Assembly: GCA_051294905.1 (NCBI GenBank)
Contig: CM119376.1
Span: 8,494,001 to 8,558,000 of the forward strand
Origin: Botryllus schlosseri
Lineage: Eukaryota
Length of the DNA: 64,000 bases
Direction: 5' to 3'
Below, piece by piece: positions 38,318-52,605 of the stretch; position 1 is the stretch's first letter, and the number at the start of each line of letters is the position of its first letter. Under the pieces are notes generated by a model, which made no database searches, was not told the origin of the DNA, and saw only the letters and a list, made by a program, of their open reading frames with translations. The position numbers were made by a program, and so were the translations under genes.

Positions 38318-38650
38318 CAGTGGTTCCCAACGTGGGCGATATCGACTCCCAGGGGGCGATTTAGCGGTATAGGAGGGGGCGAAAATAACGAAGGGGGCGA
38401 TAGGGGGCGATGGCGCGTTAAAACGGCTATATTGGAGTCAAGTCGGAGAAATGACCTTTTACTAGTCAACTCACGAAAATTTAGCTGTAAAAGTGTAATT
38501 TCGAAGTCGATCCGGAAAGTTGACCTTTCTTCAGTCAACTCGCCGGTGATAACAGTTTGTATGTGTTTTTCGGTTCCCAATATTTGGGGGCGATGATCGG
38601 TGTGGAGCTTGAAAAGGGGGCGATGAGTCGAAAAAGGTTGGGAACCACTG
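38318..38650. mobile_element. hAT (Buster/Charlie-like) MITE upstream of the insulin-like gene
   Basis: TIR CAGTGGTTCCCAAC, GGGGCGA repeats, exact TSD GGCTATAA. Confidence 0.92.
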
Positions 38651-40399
38651 GGCTATAAGCTGGTCATCGACACCCATACACGATTATATTGTTTGAATTT
38701 AATTCTGTCATACAGCCTAAATAAGTGTCACATAACCGTATGGGGGCAGCCAATTACAATGGCGTGCACTACAGCTTAATCTCTGATTTCAACTCACGCA
38801 CCCATCACACTTGTGAGTACTAGTATATTTCATGTCGTAATTCTGACACAACTTTTAATTTGCATTATGGAATCATACCACTGAAGAATTATTCTCAGTT
38901 AGCGCCTGATGCAAGATTGTAACGTGATCGTCAGGTATAGGGACGGTGGGATGCGAAATGTTCTGTTCGTTATGCAAACGTTATAATTTAGAGGTTCGCG
39001 TTCGACATTTAGTCGGCTGCCTCCTGTAGACATTTTTGCGAAATATCAGAAAATTGCAGAACTCCTAACAGCTTTGATCAAAATTCCTTGAATTCTAGCA
39101 CGAAGAAAAATATTTCCTTGAATTTTAGAACGAAGACCATCAAACTGACAAGAACCACCGGAATTATAGTGAATCCCAAGAATTTTGCTTGAAACATCAC
39201 GCTATTGCAGATGTAACCAATGTATTGGCTAGCTTTCGATGGAGCTCACACGGGACTTAAATTCAGTCTTGCAAAATCGTTTCTGGACTCCGAAGACCCC
39301 GTGCAGTTCAAGGACACTTGGTTTGGTACCCCAGGCCGGTCGAAAAATAGCCCGACTACGATAATTTTTCCAACAAATTGATAAAAGATGAAATCATGAT
39401 CGGACATTTTGCTGCAGTCTCTGACACCAAGCGACGCATACTCTGCATAAAACCACAGCGGCGTATAGACACCAAGGCGACAATGGTTTCCAAGAGGTTC
39501 TTGAAGGTACCGAACTCTAATATACAATTGAATAGTATATTCATATTGAAATGAACCCCAGTATTGATTTTTGTTTGAATGATCTTCATAAAAATTTCGT
39601 GTTTGCTCGAACCCGGACCTTTTAGGGATTCGCACCAACTCGACCATCCGGATGTTCTCGTTAAATTTAAATTAAGGTGCTGGAGCAATTATTATGCTCA
39701 TTTTCAAAAGACCGCTGTCGTGACTTCCAAAGATCTGCTCTGTATTATGACTGAGTGCAGGATTTATTAAATATTTTTCCGATGCGTTTGAGACGTGAGA
39801 ATCTTGCAAGCTCAAGGTGGCATCATTGATATTTTATACTGATCAATGGTCTTCGTACCTCAAGTCAGACTCTCAGGGCTTGGTCTGAATCCCCCTTTTT
39901 CAAAGGTGCATCTCTTGCAATAAGTGATATCAGCTGTCAAGAGTAGGTATTAGGTATGCACATAAATTTCATTAACTTGAAGAGTTATTTGCTAATTTAC
40001 TTCAATTGAATACAATGAAGGGTATGGTCGCAGCGAACCAGTGCCAACTATATCCAACCACAGTATTATTCGTTGTCAATATATGACCTCGTGAGGCATA
40101 TTTGCTTTTAGTGTACTTTTAAATTTAGGAGGGGCGTGAAGCATAGTACTGTTAGTTATGAGGTGCCAAAGAGAAAAGGTTAAGAATCACTTACCAATAT
40201 CAGATTTCACATTGCAATAGGCATTGGCGGCACAAGAAATCGTAGTGGTTTTGTCACATTTTAAGAATGGACTTGCTTGGTTACAATCTAATTTGCGCTG
40301 GGAATTGCATGTGTTCATTCGTTAGAGCGATTGTGTGCTTTTCTCCATCGTGCGACTGAGCAACGTGACTATTCTTGATTTCATGAGAATATTCAATAG

Positions 40400-40927
40400 C
40401 AGGGGCGGGCAACATACGGCCCGCGTGCCGGATCCGACCCGCGAAGGAATTCTGAGCGATCCGCAGAGAGTTTCTACCCCGAAAGTGAAATTCTGAAAGT
40501 ATTATTGAGAAATTTTATGCGTCACAGAATGAATCCAAGTTTTCCAACCTGAGAAAGATAGACATGAAACTACTTGCTGGAAGTACAACCGTACATATAT
40601 TTACGACCATGACTTCCCATATGACCGATGTTCGCGTGCAGTCTTTAGTAATAGTTTCTACATTCGACATGCTGCCAGAGTTCAAAGAACTAGTTGACAA
40701 CTCTGACCAACCACAGATGTCTGATAGACTTCAACGGCTACTGTCAATGAATTCATTAAATACTGTTTTTGGTCTCTATGCTTTAAACTTAAAGTTTACA
40801 TTAAATATGATTTATTCCTTGAATAGGTGGATAACTACGCGATTAATGTATATATTCTGTTATCTGCCCCGCCAAGTTATTATTTTTCGATATCCGGCCC
40901 GCCCACCGGAGAAGTTACCCGCCGCTG
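40400..40927. mobile_element. hAT-Charlie-type MITE
   Basis: CAGGGGCGGGCAAC / GTTACCCGCCGCTG, TSD TTCAATAG / TGCAATAG (7/8). Confidence 0.8.
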
Positions 40928-43186
40928 TGCAATAGCATTCCATATATAGATCGGTCGCTTTCTTTGTATTCGTTATATACCTATCGGGTTCTCGACATAA
41001 AAGCACATATCGAGAATTGACGAAATTTAGCAGGAATTTCATGCTATTATTGGTAAAGCAACTTTGATTTCAACCTCGAGTCTCTTGCTGCATCGTTTCG
41101 ACAGCCTGAAAAATATCTGCAATTGGACAGTAATGTATGTAACACTCCTTACAACCTTGTCATACGTATAAGAATAACATATGCTTTTATCTCGGTGAGG
41201 GAGAGATAATGCAGTTTGTTTTACCTAATGAAGGATTATTTTAGGTATATTTTGCAAGCATCATGACACCGTATTAGTTGACAGTGTCAAAGCTGACATA
41301 TGAAGGTCCGTATCTGTGCCTATTACGAACACTCTGCGATAAGATTGGTCACGTGACGTCGCAGGCACGCGTTTGTGTTGACTATTCGATTCACGCAACA
41401 AGCTTTATCAAAATAGATATACGTTATGACGTGTACGCCGAATCTATATTAATAGATACGCGTACTAAATCCGTATGCTTATAAACATCCCTGCATTTAC
41501 ACCAGCCCCTAACAGCATGGTACTAGCGATCAACGTTAAATTTACACATGGATTCGTATTATGTGACAATGTACTGTGCAATCCTATTGAGTATGACATA
41601 TAGTTTATTTGATTTGAATTCGCTGTGGCTGGATCTTGAATATTTGTTGCGGTTCCCCAGTTCATGTAGGGTTGTATTGACCTAAACAACTGGCATGTGT
41701 ACCCGAAACACTTCTTACATGTTGATCTAATTATTACCCAACTCGCTGCAGTACTGTTGATACAGAAGTATAGCGCCATTCTGTAACACCAGTGCGAAAA
41801 CAGAAATCCAAATTATCGGTTTCGGCAATAACATCCCTTGACTGCATTGAAAGCGAATCTTCGAACTGGAAATCACACTAGCAGGGACGGGGAGCCTTTT
41901 TGTTGAAGTAGTCATGAAAGCCACCTATACCGCGGTAGCCATATCATATTTTGTAAACTATATAAGTGGAATGCTCATATTTACGACGGATACGACACTG
42001 CTCAAAGTGCTCATACATGAGATGGAACGCTATGATGTAGCATTTGTAGTTTAAAAACTTACTGCGACCATAAAAATCCTTTTAAGGCAATATCAACTTA
42101 CGACATCATTCTCATTTGGATTCTAATTTATCTTCAACTTTGTTTCATATCCGCTTGGCGAGCAAAATATCGAGCGCGCTATATATAAAGTACGTCATTT
42201 TTACATCACCATATTTTGTCCACATGTTTTGTTTTTGTTTGAAATGTCATTGGTATTATCCAATTCTTACCAAGTCAAGAAATATCAGCGGCGGTTTATA
42301 TACGAGTCAGATGCAGTCGCAAAAGTCATATAGGTTACCAATACCTCCACTATAGTTCATTGTTTACGTCATGATAAGTAGATTTCTAATCATCCTATAT
42401 AATTATATTGTTGTTTACAAACTAGCATTACCTTCAAGTCGAACGTAGACCGCGAATCGGTAATAGTCCAGAAAATAAGGCGTATATTAAATTTCTTACG
42501 CGGAAAGATACGTTGCTTGGTATAAAAATAAGTTGCAAATATTCCACAGTCTTCACACAAAAAAACAAGCGACATTTTTGGTTCTCTGACACGTTCTCGG
42601 CAGCCTATAGGGCGCTATCTCGTCACACGGAGAAGATGTATAACTGTTGTCATATATCCGTAGTCGGACCGCGTGGTCAATCATGATAGTACCTTGTTAA
42701 ATAACGGTACGGCGAATGGTGCTTCATAACGCGATTGGCTTAAATGATCGGCACGGATCGACTGTTAATTTGCAAGGGCCCCTTATTATGTTATGCCAAC
42801 AAAGTTTGCGAATTGATATACACGTTTGTATGCAAGAATACTGCCAATAAAGGAAAGTAATCAAGTTACTGATGCCACTGCAATTTCAGCTGTAAACAGG
42901 GTTGTCATATTTAAGATAACAATTAAGCAACATCTTTCCAGTGTACTGATAATTACAACTTCAATACCGCGAATGCTATCAAGATACCGGCGAGTACTAT
43001 GTTTCGACATGTACCGCCTTGTAATTTAGATATTTGCTGCTTTGGCTCATTTACAATGTGTCTTGAGTGTACAAGACCGGATGCGTTCGCGTTGCTATGG
43101 TATGGCCACAATATAAATATGTAGATGTTACTGGCGTAGCCTACGTTTACCGGAGGGGGGGGCATGGCGCGATACTTTCCTTTAAA

Positions 43187-43978
43187 CAGGGGTTCTTAAA
43201 GTATGGGCCGCGTCGGGCATAATTTTGGGTCGCGACAGCACCAGAGATAGTTTTCAATATGTATGTAATATTTGTTAAAATTTCTTGCAACAATAATATA
43301 TCTATTCGCGTGATATCCTGTGGATAGGCTGTACATATCCCAGGTCATTGTGTTGGGTACTGTAGCCAATAAGCGAGACGCGTATAGTAAAGTTATTACT
43401 ACAATAGCTTCATTAGGAAAATGCACCGACTTTTGCGTTACACAAATTGGTTCGAATTCATGTAAATAATTTTTCGAGATTGGTTTCTCTGGAAAACACC
43501 GTCGAAGACCGTTGGGATGCTTTAATGTAGGGGTGTGCAACGAGCGGGTGCAGGAAAATGATATGAAGATATGAGGTTTTGACTAACATGCGGCTGGGCA
43601 ATGTGTGGTGCCAAAAATATCGGCGTCTATTAAACCTTGGTCGAAATTGACTGTGACCGTCGTTGGTTGTCCAAAATCTTCGAAATCGAGATGCCGAAAT
43701 GGTGGGCAACGAATTGTCCCGTTCTTACAATTTGAGTTAGCAGTAGTACAAATGCGACTCGCAGAGGAAATTAATGAACCCCGATTTGAAATCGCATGCG
43801 CCAAACATGTTTTCGTAGAGCTGCGCTGCATATAACGGCTGTCGTTATCTCATACATTCCCACCGAAGACGTATCGCAATAACATTAAAAGTGAATTATT
43901 TTTCATGTGTGAGGCTTGGGTCGCGAGATGCCATTAAAACTCAGATCTGGGTCTCGGCTGAAAGTTCAAGAACCACTG
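43187..43978. mobile_element. Non-autonomous hAT element
   Basis: CAGGGGTTCTTAAA / TTCAAGAACCACTG, GGGTCGCG subterminal motifs, partial flank match CTTTAA. Confidence 0.65.
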
Positions 43979-46276
43979 CTTTAATAGTATGCTATTTCTG
44001 CACATATTGTATGCTTCAGATTAAGATATCATGTATAATTTTGTGTTCCAGTATTCACAGCCGGTTTCCAAAGTAAATCTATTATTCCTATGTAGGTATA
44101 GTAGGTACAGGACACTGTTCCATTATTTCCGCCGGGGTTTGTTTAGTCAAATACCCACTCACAAGTTGGATACTTCTCCGTACGCTGATCTAGTTTGGCT
44201 GATATAAATTTATGTTCTCCCGATAGTGGCTATCCTTCATATTTCCATTTATGTCAGTCATAGAGACCATCCTTAGGGAGGTTTCATATAAAATAATATA
44301 TTGTTATCCTGGGGCTGAATGAAAATGATTCCAGAAGGGATTGCTCGGAAACAGTTCTCGCAATGCCACAAAATATAAAAATTCACTCTTATTTAGCCTA
44401 GTAATGACAGCAGGGATATCCACATATCTATATCCCTGTAATGACGGTATAATTAGGACAATCTAGTAAAATTCCCATAAAGGCGGCGGGTTTGGCATTA
44501 TTGACATTGTTGTTGTACTGAACGATATCAATAATGTCTCACGAAACGCAATAGTGACATAACATTCAATGAACTGACCGATATATTAGGTCTCCACCCA
44601 TGCAGTTTCAATCACCATAGACGGGCATGCTTAAGATAACTCAACATTGTTGGGAATAACCCGACCCAAGTGCTTTTAACTCGATTTAACAGATGTTACT
44701 ACAGCCCTGAAACGCGTCAAAACGGGACTCAGCTATCTAACGCAACCGATCGGGGGAATTGTTGGTAATGTTGTGAAAGTCACATCATACAAACTGATCA
44801 AGTTTGTTTTGATTCAACGTTACGTCATGGTTTCTTTACACAGCACTCACATCTTGAGGACGTCGTTCGCATTATACGCAGTTTCGCATAGATGTATCGA
44901 TACTGCACGAACCGGCGTACTTATCATTTTGCAACACCTTCTTCGAAAGGAGATTGTTTTTGTTTGTGATTGCATTTGAACTGAAGGAAGACATGTCGAT
45001 TTCTGCGCCCAGTATGGACATGTACAATCCAGGGGATGCTGTTGTCAAAACTTCATAACAGTTGGTCAGTCACGCGAGGAATCGCTCTGAATTCAGAGGC
45101 CTATATATGGTGCTCATTTACTCTCCTATTCCCCACGATAATATACGTGCATAGGGTGACTTCATAAGTATCGATCAGAGCATTGCATCGTCGTGTAGCA
45201 CTTTGCGGCTGTCCGCATTGTATCCCATTATCTTCATTGTGTCATGATCACATGGTGGTATTACTGCTCCGACAATAGTAGATTGCGTCATACGTTCCGT
45301 AAAACTGAGTAAAAAGAACGCTTTTCGCCCCAAATTGAGTCTATTGATTACAGGTTTACTTCCACAAACAACGTCACCACAGATGTGTCAGCGTTCAATG
45401 TAGAGCTGCAAAAGTTTACAACGTATATTTTCAACTTCATCGATCCAGATTGCAATAGTAACGTCACGAAAAAGTGTGCGCTAATGAAAAAGATTAGCTA
45501 ATGCGTTGAAAAATGGTTGTAGTTAACGACGTTGTCTCATAGCTAATTACTAAGGGCGTTAGGTCATTGGATCAGGGTGGGGCGGGGTGAGGGATTGGCC
45601 GAACGGGCTGGAAGTCCCTGCTTCGTTCCGAATTATAACTAAATGTGCTGTACAGTGTCTTCACCATCAACCAGAGCTTCACGTGTTAGAGAGTCGTGCG
45701 ATGATACGAGTGTAAAATCTTAATAAATTCACGCACGGGCATATTACAGATAATGATAACGATTGAAACTCCGCATTCCATAAACAAGCATCCAACCGAG
45801 GTATGTTATCTGGTGATCACACGCTGCAGTATCGGTTAGCGTCCTAACAAGAAATGCGCTCCTTATTGCACAACATGTTCCAACCTCGAGTATGGTTTAC
45901 CATCCCAAATAATATGATTGCGTTAGCAATCGAGACCTGATGCGTAAACCAATAATAATGTACACCACGCTGGATTGGGATTTTGCATTCCAACCGGACG
46001 GACGTCCTGCGAGTTTGTTTTTCTGCAAAGAAGGATTGCTTCCTTACTGTGCAAACTTCCAATACCTAACGCAATGGCGCAGCAACTATGTTAACAAGGT
46101 TAACAACCAGAGATTTCAAACTGCAGAATGGTCCGGTCAGTACTCTAATTTACCGAGATAATTGAGAAAGAACCTTATTAATGAAAAAATGTTCAAGGTT
46201 GCAAATAGTCCAACCACATAATTACATAGTTCGACGTATATACAATAGCTATTTACTCCGGTACTTACATCAATAG

Positions 46277-46678
46277 TAGGGTTACCATATTTTGGAAATC
46301 TGAAAAGAATACACCTTTTCAAAATTTTCAAACTTGCAAAACCGGAGGAAAATCTTGAAAAAATGGTCAATTTTTCCCAAATCGCGGTCGGTTGACTAAA
46401 AAAAAAAAACTTTCTCGCTTAGCGCCCAAAATACAGTTTTTCCTTTCACATTATCAGGCGGTTGACTAAAAAAATATCAACTTTCCGGATCTGCTCCCAA
46501 AATACCGTCAGAGCGTTACCTCGGTGCTAATTTACGGTATTTCAGTCGAATTTGGCCGTAAATGTGACCAATATTCTCAAAAAAGAGGACAATTGGGCGT
46601 CCTCCGAGGACACTTTCAAAAAAGTCAAAAAAGAAGACAAATACTCTTAAAAGAGTAGGCCTAGGTATGGTAACCCCA
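46277..46678. mobile_element. TAGG-ended hAT MITE (family of 26532-26972)
   Basis: TAGGGTTACCATA / TATGGTAACCCCA, TSD ATCAATAG / ATAAATAG (7/8). Confidence 0.88.
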
Positions 46679-47617
46679 ATAAATAGGTGACTTTACTGTA
46701 GCGACCCAGATTTCTGACTTCTATAGTTATGAGGTCGCCTGCCGAATTCTATTTTATATGTTACTACATTGCCACGTTGGGATCTGTCTATATTTCTCAC
46801 TAACGAAATATTTCCAACCCGACAGAGTCGATACAGTATGTATACTTGAAGAGGAGTATACTGTGCATAGAATATGGCCTAGTCTATTCAGAAACGTGTG
46901 TCCTATAGGCTTTATCGGTCAGTTGGTATAATTTGTTGTTTATACCGAACAAAGTCTACTTTTCGGGGTTATGGGCAATGCTGCTTCGGCAATGGCATAC
47001 TTTGGCATCAAAGTCGTTTATCAAAGCTCAGTATCAAGACACTGCTAGACATTAATTGTGAGAACTTTATGCAATAACTGGAACTATTAATGTGTTGTCC
47101 TGCGATATCGCATGTATGTCAACGGCGAAAAGTTTGAAAATTATTGAAGCTGCGCAGCCGACAAACGCAGGTACTTTTGTAGACGGGAATTTCCCGATCA
47201 CCAGCTGCTCGAAGAATTCCTGGAATCCGCCAACGGAATGGAACGCTGTTGTGGTGCGGGAAATAATTTGCGCGCTGTTACGTAAATATCGCTGGAGTAA
47301 ACAACAATATCCATTTCTCTGTTACGAGTAATTTCCCTTCTATAAGTAGACAACAAAAAGGTGGGTGGCGAGTTGTTCGTCGTGTAGTAGCACGCGCAAC
47401 AGTCACCTGCTGCGTGATTATCGAGTGCCGTTAATATTACGACGACCCTTCCAGTGTCGCAATAGAGCAATGAATTGATGCGGCCGGGGTCGATCTTGAT
47501 CAAATTAGTAGTTTTATGCCCTATGTCGAATTCAACGTAACGTACAACCGACGGTCCCACTGTACTGAGAAGTCTTATTTGTTACATTTTTACATTTTAC
47601 CGAACTTTCAACAATGT

Positions 47618-48042
47618 CACTGGTTCCGAACGTGGGCGATATCGCCCCCCCCCAGTGATGTTGAGAAACAAGGGGGCGAAAATACCAAAGGGGGCGACTG
47701 GGGACGGGGGCGATAGGGCGCGAAGATGTTGGAATATCAAGTGGTATATATCAAATTAACACGATAAAAATGCGCGTGAAGACTACTTATTCTGAATATG
47801 ACGCGATGAAAGTATACTCAACGGAAAGTAGACGCGGAAACCGGTTTGCCAACCACCTACCACCTCGGAAAATGGCCTCTTTTGTGGTAAATTCTCCAGC
47901 GATCAGAGTTAGGTGAATACATTTCCCGATTATTATGTGTCCTCATTTTCGGAGCCATATTTATGGGGGGGGGGGGGGGGGGCGAAAATATGTGTCGAGA
48001 TTGATAAGGAGGTCATGAGTCGAAAAAGGTTGGGAATCACTG
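47618..48042. mobile_element. Diverged copy of the 38318-38650 MITE family
   Basis: CACTGGTTCCGAACGTGGGCGATATC ... GAAAAAGGTTGGGAATCACTG; TSD not recognisable. Further fragments at ~49973-50090 and ~51270-51480. Confidence 0.8.
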
Positions 48043-51000
48043 AACTAGGCGCATAACAACCGAGTAGCAATTCAGAACCAAATGATATGGGCGTGACGAG
48101 AATGGGGTATTGAGTTATTAATGTTGTATAAATCCGACGACTCTTATCTGTTTTGTGATGTCTCACGTGACTCAGATAATATAATTTTGATTATTTGTAA
48201 AAAAATCATTTCACCAGTAATCTTTTAGATAAGTGATACAGTGATCCAGAAGTGTTGAACTGTCGACGATTTCGAGAATTCAGACCATTCCATATCGTAT
48301 GCATCGACTATATCTGGTGACTGTCGTCGCAAGGATCATAATACAAGCTTTTCTATAGTATTTACACACAATATACATATTATACATATTTCGAAAAAAA
48401 TTAATGACATTTGTGTAAAACACGGCTTAAACCATGCTATAAACAAATTCTTTCAAAATACGTCTTGCAACCCTAGACACAAGTCATTCCTTATATTGCT
48501 CCACTAAGAAGGTTGGATTTCCAAGTAAAGCAACGGCTTCAAAACATATTTCACCTGTGAATCTTAGCTGTAAATCCGATTTAGTGATAAGTTCAAGTAT
48601 TGGCTGGCTGTCATAAAAATTTATGGAGTTTAGGGGCGATATAAAGGGATCAGTCTGTATATATTGAAATCAGAATATAAGCCAAGATGGCAAAAAATAC
48701 TTATTGCTACCATAATTCGAGCGTGCATATTCGCTATGCAAACAAGTATTCATTACCAATAAGGGTTTGACTATATCCCAAAGTGACAATTAATTTAATA
48801 ATGTAGTACTTCCGACAATTTCATTATTTTTTATTGGCGTTAATTATATCACTCTCGAAGGCTTACTGAGATTTGTGTCACCCTGACGTTGCTCGTTATG
48901 TAAGGAGATGCAGCTTGCAAGATGTTAAACAGATAACACACATAATGATATGTCTATGCATGGTTCATTCGAACAGCAGTGCTTTGGAGACAATTCAATG
49001 AAATCACCTCTTTAAAACAATTTCTATTGCTCGTTTTTTCGCACGAGTAAACAGTAAGCACTCATGATACTACTTATTAACTTGATTCCGCTCACCTGCG
49101 CTTAATATATAAATTACTGTGTAAAAGCAAATGCTTCAATTTGTGATCGAGTTAACATGATCAAATTAATAATGATCTGTGCCCATCAATTTAATTCTGT
49201 TGATTTGTTCGTAGTTAATTTGAATATATGGGGTCGACGTTGATTCGTGAGATGGAGTTGAGACCACGTGAGTAGAACTTCGATAAAACGTAGCCCAAGC
49301 CAGATTCGAATTAACGATCAAGTCAACTCAACGATCAGCTCAATGGTATCATCCCGTTTTACTGTATTACCCCAAGCTTTTCGCCAACTTGTTACAAGAG
49401 GGCCACGCACATTACGTGTTTATTAGGGATGGTGTAAACGTGAGGTTCGCGTTAGCGTTCTGTGTGTGAACCTAAGAAATCTAGAGGTTCCCGTTCACAA
49501 ACGAACCTCGGAAGGTTCTGCACTGCGAACCTTTTTCATATATTACAATTTTCGCTTCATTATTACATCTTCGATGGAAATTTATTGCATTTCAACTGCG
49601 GGTCACTCTATGCATGGCGCTGGCAGCATAAAATAAAATCAACACTAAATAAGCATGCACCTTGACCATCTCAAAAATCTTATTTGCTCCGTTACAAAAG
49701 TTTGCTCGAAATATCCAGCTTTCCGTTTGTGAATATTTAGCGACTCTCTGCTGTGAACTACACTACATGTAGTCAGCGAATGATGCTTTTGCAGCCAATC
49801 AACGGAATTGATATCGTTGTCTGATGTAAAAAATCTTGCAGGCGTACGGGATCAATCTTGATTTGATATGTTTATTGTATCATAAAAACAAAATCGGGGC
49901 GATTGGGGTGTTGGCTGCTGTATAACTTGTTAATGGGGTAATATCGGTAGCAAGTATACAATCCCGTTTTACACCAGTAGTTCCCAATGTGGGCGATATC
50001 TACCCCAGGGAGCGATTTTGGGAAACAAGGGGGCGATATTACCAAAGGGGACGACTGGGGGCGATGGGGGGGGGGCGAAAATATTAGAATGTCCTGTGAG
50101 GTACCGTAATTTCCGTGTATAATACGTCCCCATGTATAGTAGCCTACGCACCCTGAAAATGGCATGTAGATTCTGGGAAAAGCCTTTACCCGTGTAGAAA
50201 AGGTGTAACAATTATAGTCACCAGCCGTCACTGTTTCCAGATAGGTCTAGCTTAGTGCAAATCTTCCGTAGGCCTACTGCCATTGTCACATTTACACGTG
50301 CAGTGCTTGAAATTGTTACGTGATACGTTTCCAAATCTCTAATTCGTAAAACAAGACTAGTGCTTGCCAATCATCATCACCCAGGCCATAAATGATGAAC
50401 CGGCGGGCATGTCAAAAAAAAGAGAACGGCCATTCTGTTTATGTGAGTCCTGAAGTTTTGGCAGTAATGAAGTCAGTCTTCCTCGTGTTTTCTCTAATTT
50501 AAAAAATACACATTATAGCTCATCGACCATTTTGCAAATTATTGCTGCTTCGCGGACCCCCTGAAAATGCTTTCGTGGACCGCCGGTTGAGAACCAGACG
50601 TATAATGTATATGTTTACCAAAGTTGAATTACGACGACGAATAATGATCATTGACCGTCACCGTGATGACAATATTTACAATTTAGCTCGCTGAATTCAA
50701 TGTAGAAAACAATTATTACGCCACACAATATAGTTAAAATTTCTGACTCGACCCCAAACGTCTTGTCTGCTTTTTATTTGACTCGCGGGAAAAAATAATC
50801 GCCTACGCCTGATTTAGGCCAGCCATTATATCTTGCGCACATATGGCCTGCGTTGTAGATGCGATTGTTCAGGCCTGTTGTCGACGCGGTAAATTAGCAA
50901 GGATTGCGTGCGCGTGCAGCAATCGACAAATTAGCGAGGATTGCGCGTGTACAAATCACTGAGCTAATTTCTATCGTGCACAAATACCCACGGGTATCTA

Positions 51001-51704
51001 GATATCCCTGACAAATAGCAAACCGACTCAGCAGGAGATCGCGTGCTGAGCAGAATCTCGCAATTGGCAACACGCTTCTCGCTAATTGGATGAGCCCAAC
51101 ACTGAAAATACGAATTACTGGGCAGGACACAGACTGCGATGTGGGATTGGCAATAAACATGATGAAAGGTGTGATTTTAGGACAAAAAATCGGTAATATT
51201 TTGTGCATTATTCATGGACAATGACGGTATGTTTAATTAACACTGCAAATAAATGCACGTGAAGAAGGCCTATTCTGCATGTGACGCGAAAGTTGACTAA
51301 TAAAAGGCCAACTCAAAGGAAAGTAGACGCGGATGTCGGTTTTCCGAGCCCCTAATCGGAAAAATGACCGGTTTTAGAAAATTCAACAGCGATCACGGTT
51401 GATTGAATAAATCTCCCGCATGTAGACATGTCCTCTTTTACGAATCCGTAAATATTGGGGGGGGGCGAAAATTTGTGTCGAGCATATACGTCTCTGTAGA
51501 GACCGGAGCTTAGTTCAAATAATCTTCCGAGCATGAACTAGGACTCGATGAATGAGTTCCAGATAAGGTATTTAAAAAATGTCTCTTGATCATATGCTTA
51601 AAATCAAGTTAGGCTTAAAAACACGGTCGCGAGAGTTTGTTCACTACGCGTTGAATGCGCCTATTCTCCATGTAGGTGTAAAGTGAGTGGGTAACAGCAT
51701 GCAG

Positions 51705-51960
51705 TGGGGTGGCGAGATAGCGTAGTGGTATATAGTCCACAGTTACAACACCAATGGGTTGTAGGTTCGAGTCCGACCGGGGTCTACTCAAGAATTCCTA
51801 CCTAAGTGTTTGACGTATATCTAGGCTCCTCTTCGCCACGTATTCCGCGTGAGCGGTCTCTTGTAAAGCCTAGAAGTGGGCCGTGCTAAAAGTCGACAGA
51901 TACCGAATCACAATGAAGAATATCGGTCTGGTGTAAAACGACCAATGAACAACAACCACA
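51705..51960 (+). mobile_element. tRNA-derived SINE
   Basis: Same A/B boxes and body as 33326-33600; (AAC) tail; near-TSD AACAGCA(T)GCA. Confidence 0.88.
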
Positions 51961-52419
51961 ACAGCAGCAACGTATGAAGAACATTGAATGATTCGTGACT
52001 CGGACACAAATTTTTGATTCAATCTTCATGTCCTCAAATAACCTACTTTGCTACTCCGCGAGATCAAAACTGATCTTTTATTTACTGGATTCCATTTACG
52101 TCTACGTTTTCGAATGATGTTAATTTCATCAGAATACACGACTTATGAAATGAAGGTAGATCAAGCAACGATGGTAAGACTAGAAATTCCGTGCACGGAG
52201 TCACAAGGTAAAATATCTGCATGCCTAACAGTCTGTTCGCGACGAGGAAACCACGAAACGTAGTTTCATGCATCCGCATGACGGCACTATGGATCATATT
52301 CAAGTAACTCCAACAACAACACGTAGCTGGGTGGTGTCGTTTCAAGGAAGCGATACGTAGAAAATACAACAGTCCCTTTAAAATGTACCCGTTCAGTATT
52401 CACTTACGCCGCCAAAAGC

Positions 52420-52605
52420 ATCAGCTGCAACACCAATATGTAGAGGATTCGAGTCTGACCGAGATCGACTCCAAATTCCTTTCCCAAATGTTCGAGGTTT
52501 ATCTATGCTCCTCCTCACCATCTGATTCCCGTAAGCGTTGTTCGACAGCCTAGACGTGGAGTAAATGACCATTGCAGTCGACATGAATACCGCAAACAAC
52601 AACAA
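52420..52605 (+). mobile_element. Degenerate 5'-eroded copy of the same SINE
   Basis: CAGCTGCAACACC...GATTCGAGTCTGACCGAG...CGTAAGCG...GCCTAGA...AACAACAAC aligns to 33367-33600. Confidence 0.75.

Noticed and set aside
40515-40935. 123-aa and 61-aa ORFs
   Set aside because: Inside the 40400-40927 hAT MITE; no protein motif.
41465-41779. 104-aa minus ORF starting cag|aATG like the insulin gene
   Set aside because: No signal peptide, no insulin cysteine spacing, no linked exons.
43196-43835. Several Cys-containing ORFs
   Set aside because: Inside the 43187-43978 hAT element; overlapping frames without motifs.
32180-48480. Similarity between 32.2-33.2 kb and 48.3-48.5 kb suggesting a duplicated insulin locus
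   Set aside because: The shared sequence is an arm of an old inverted-repeat element; homology does not extend into unique flanks.
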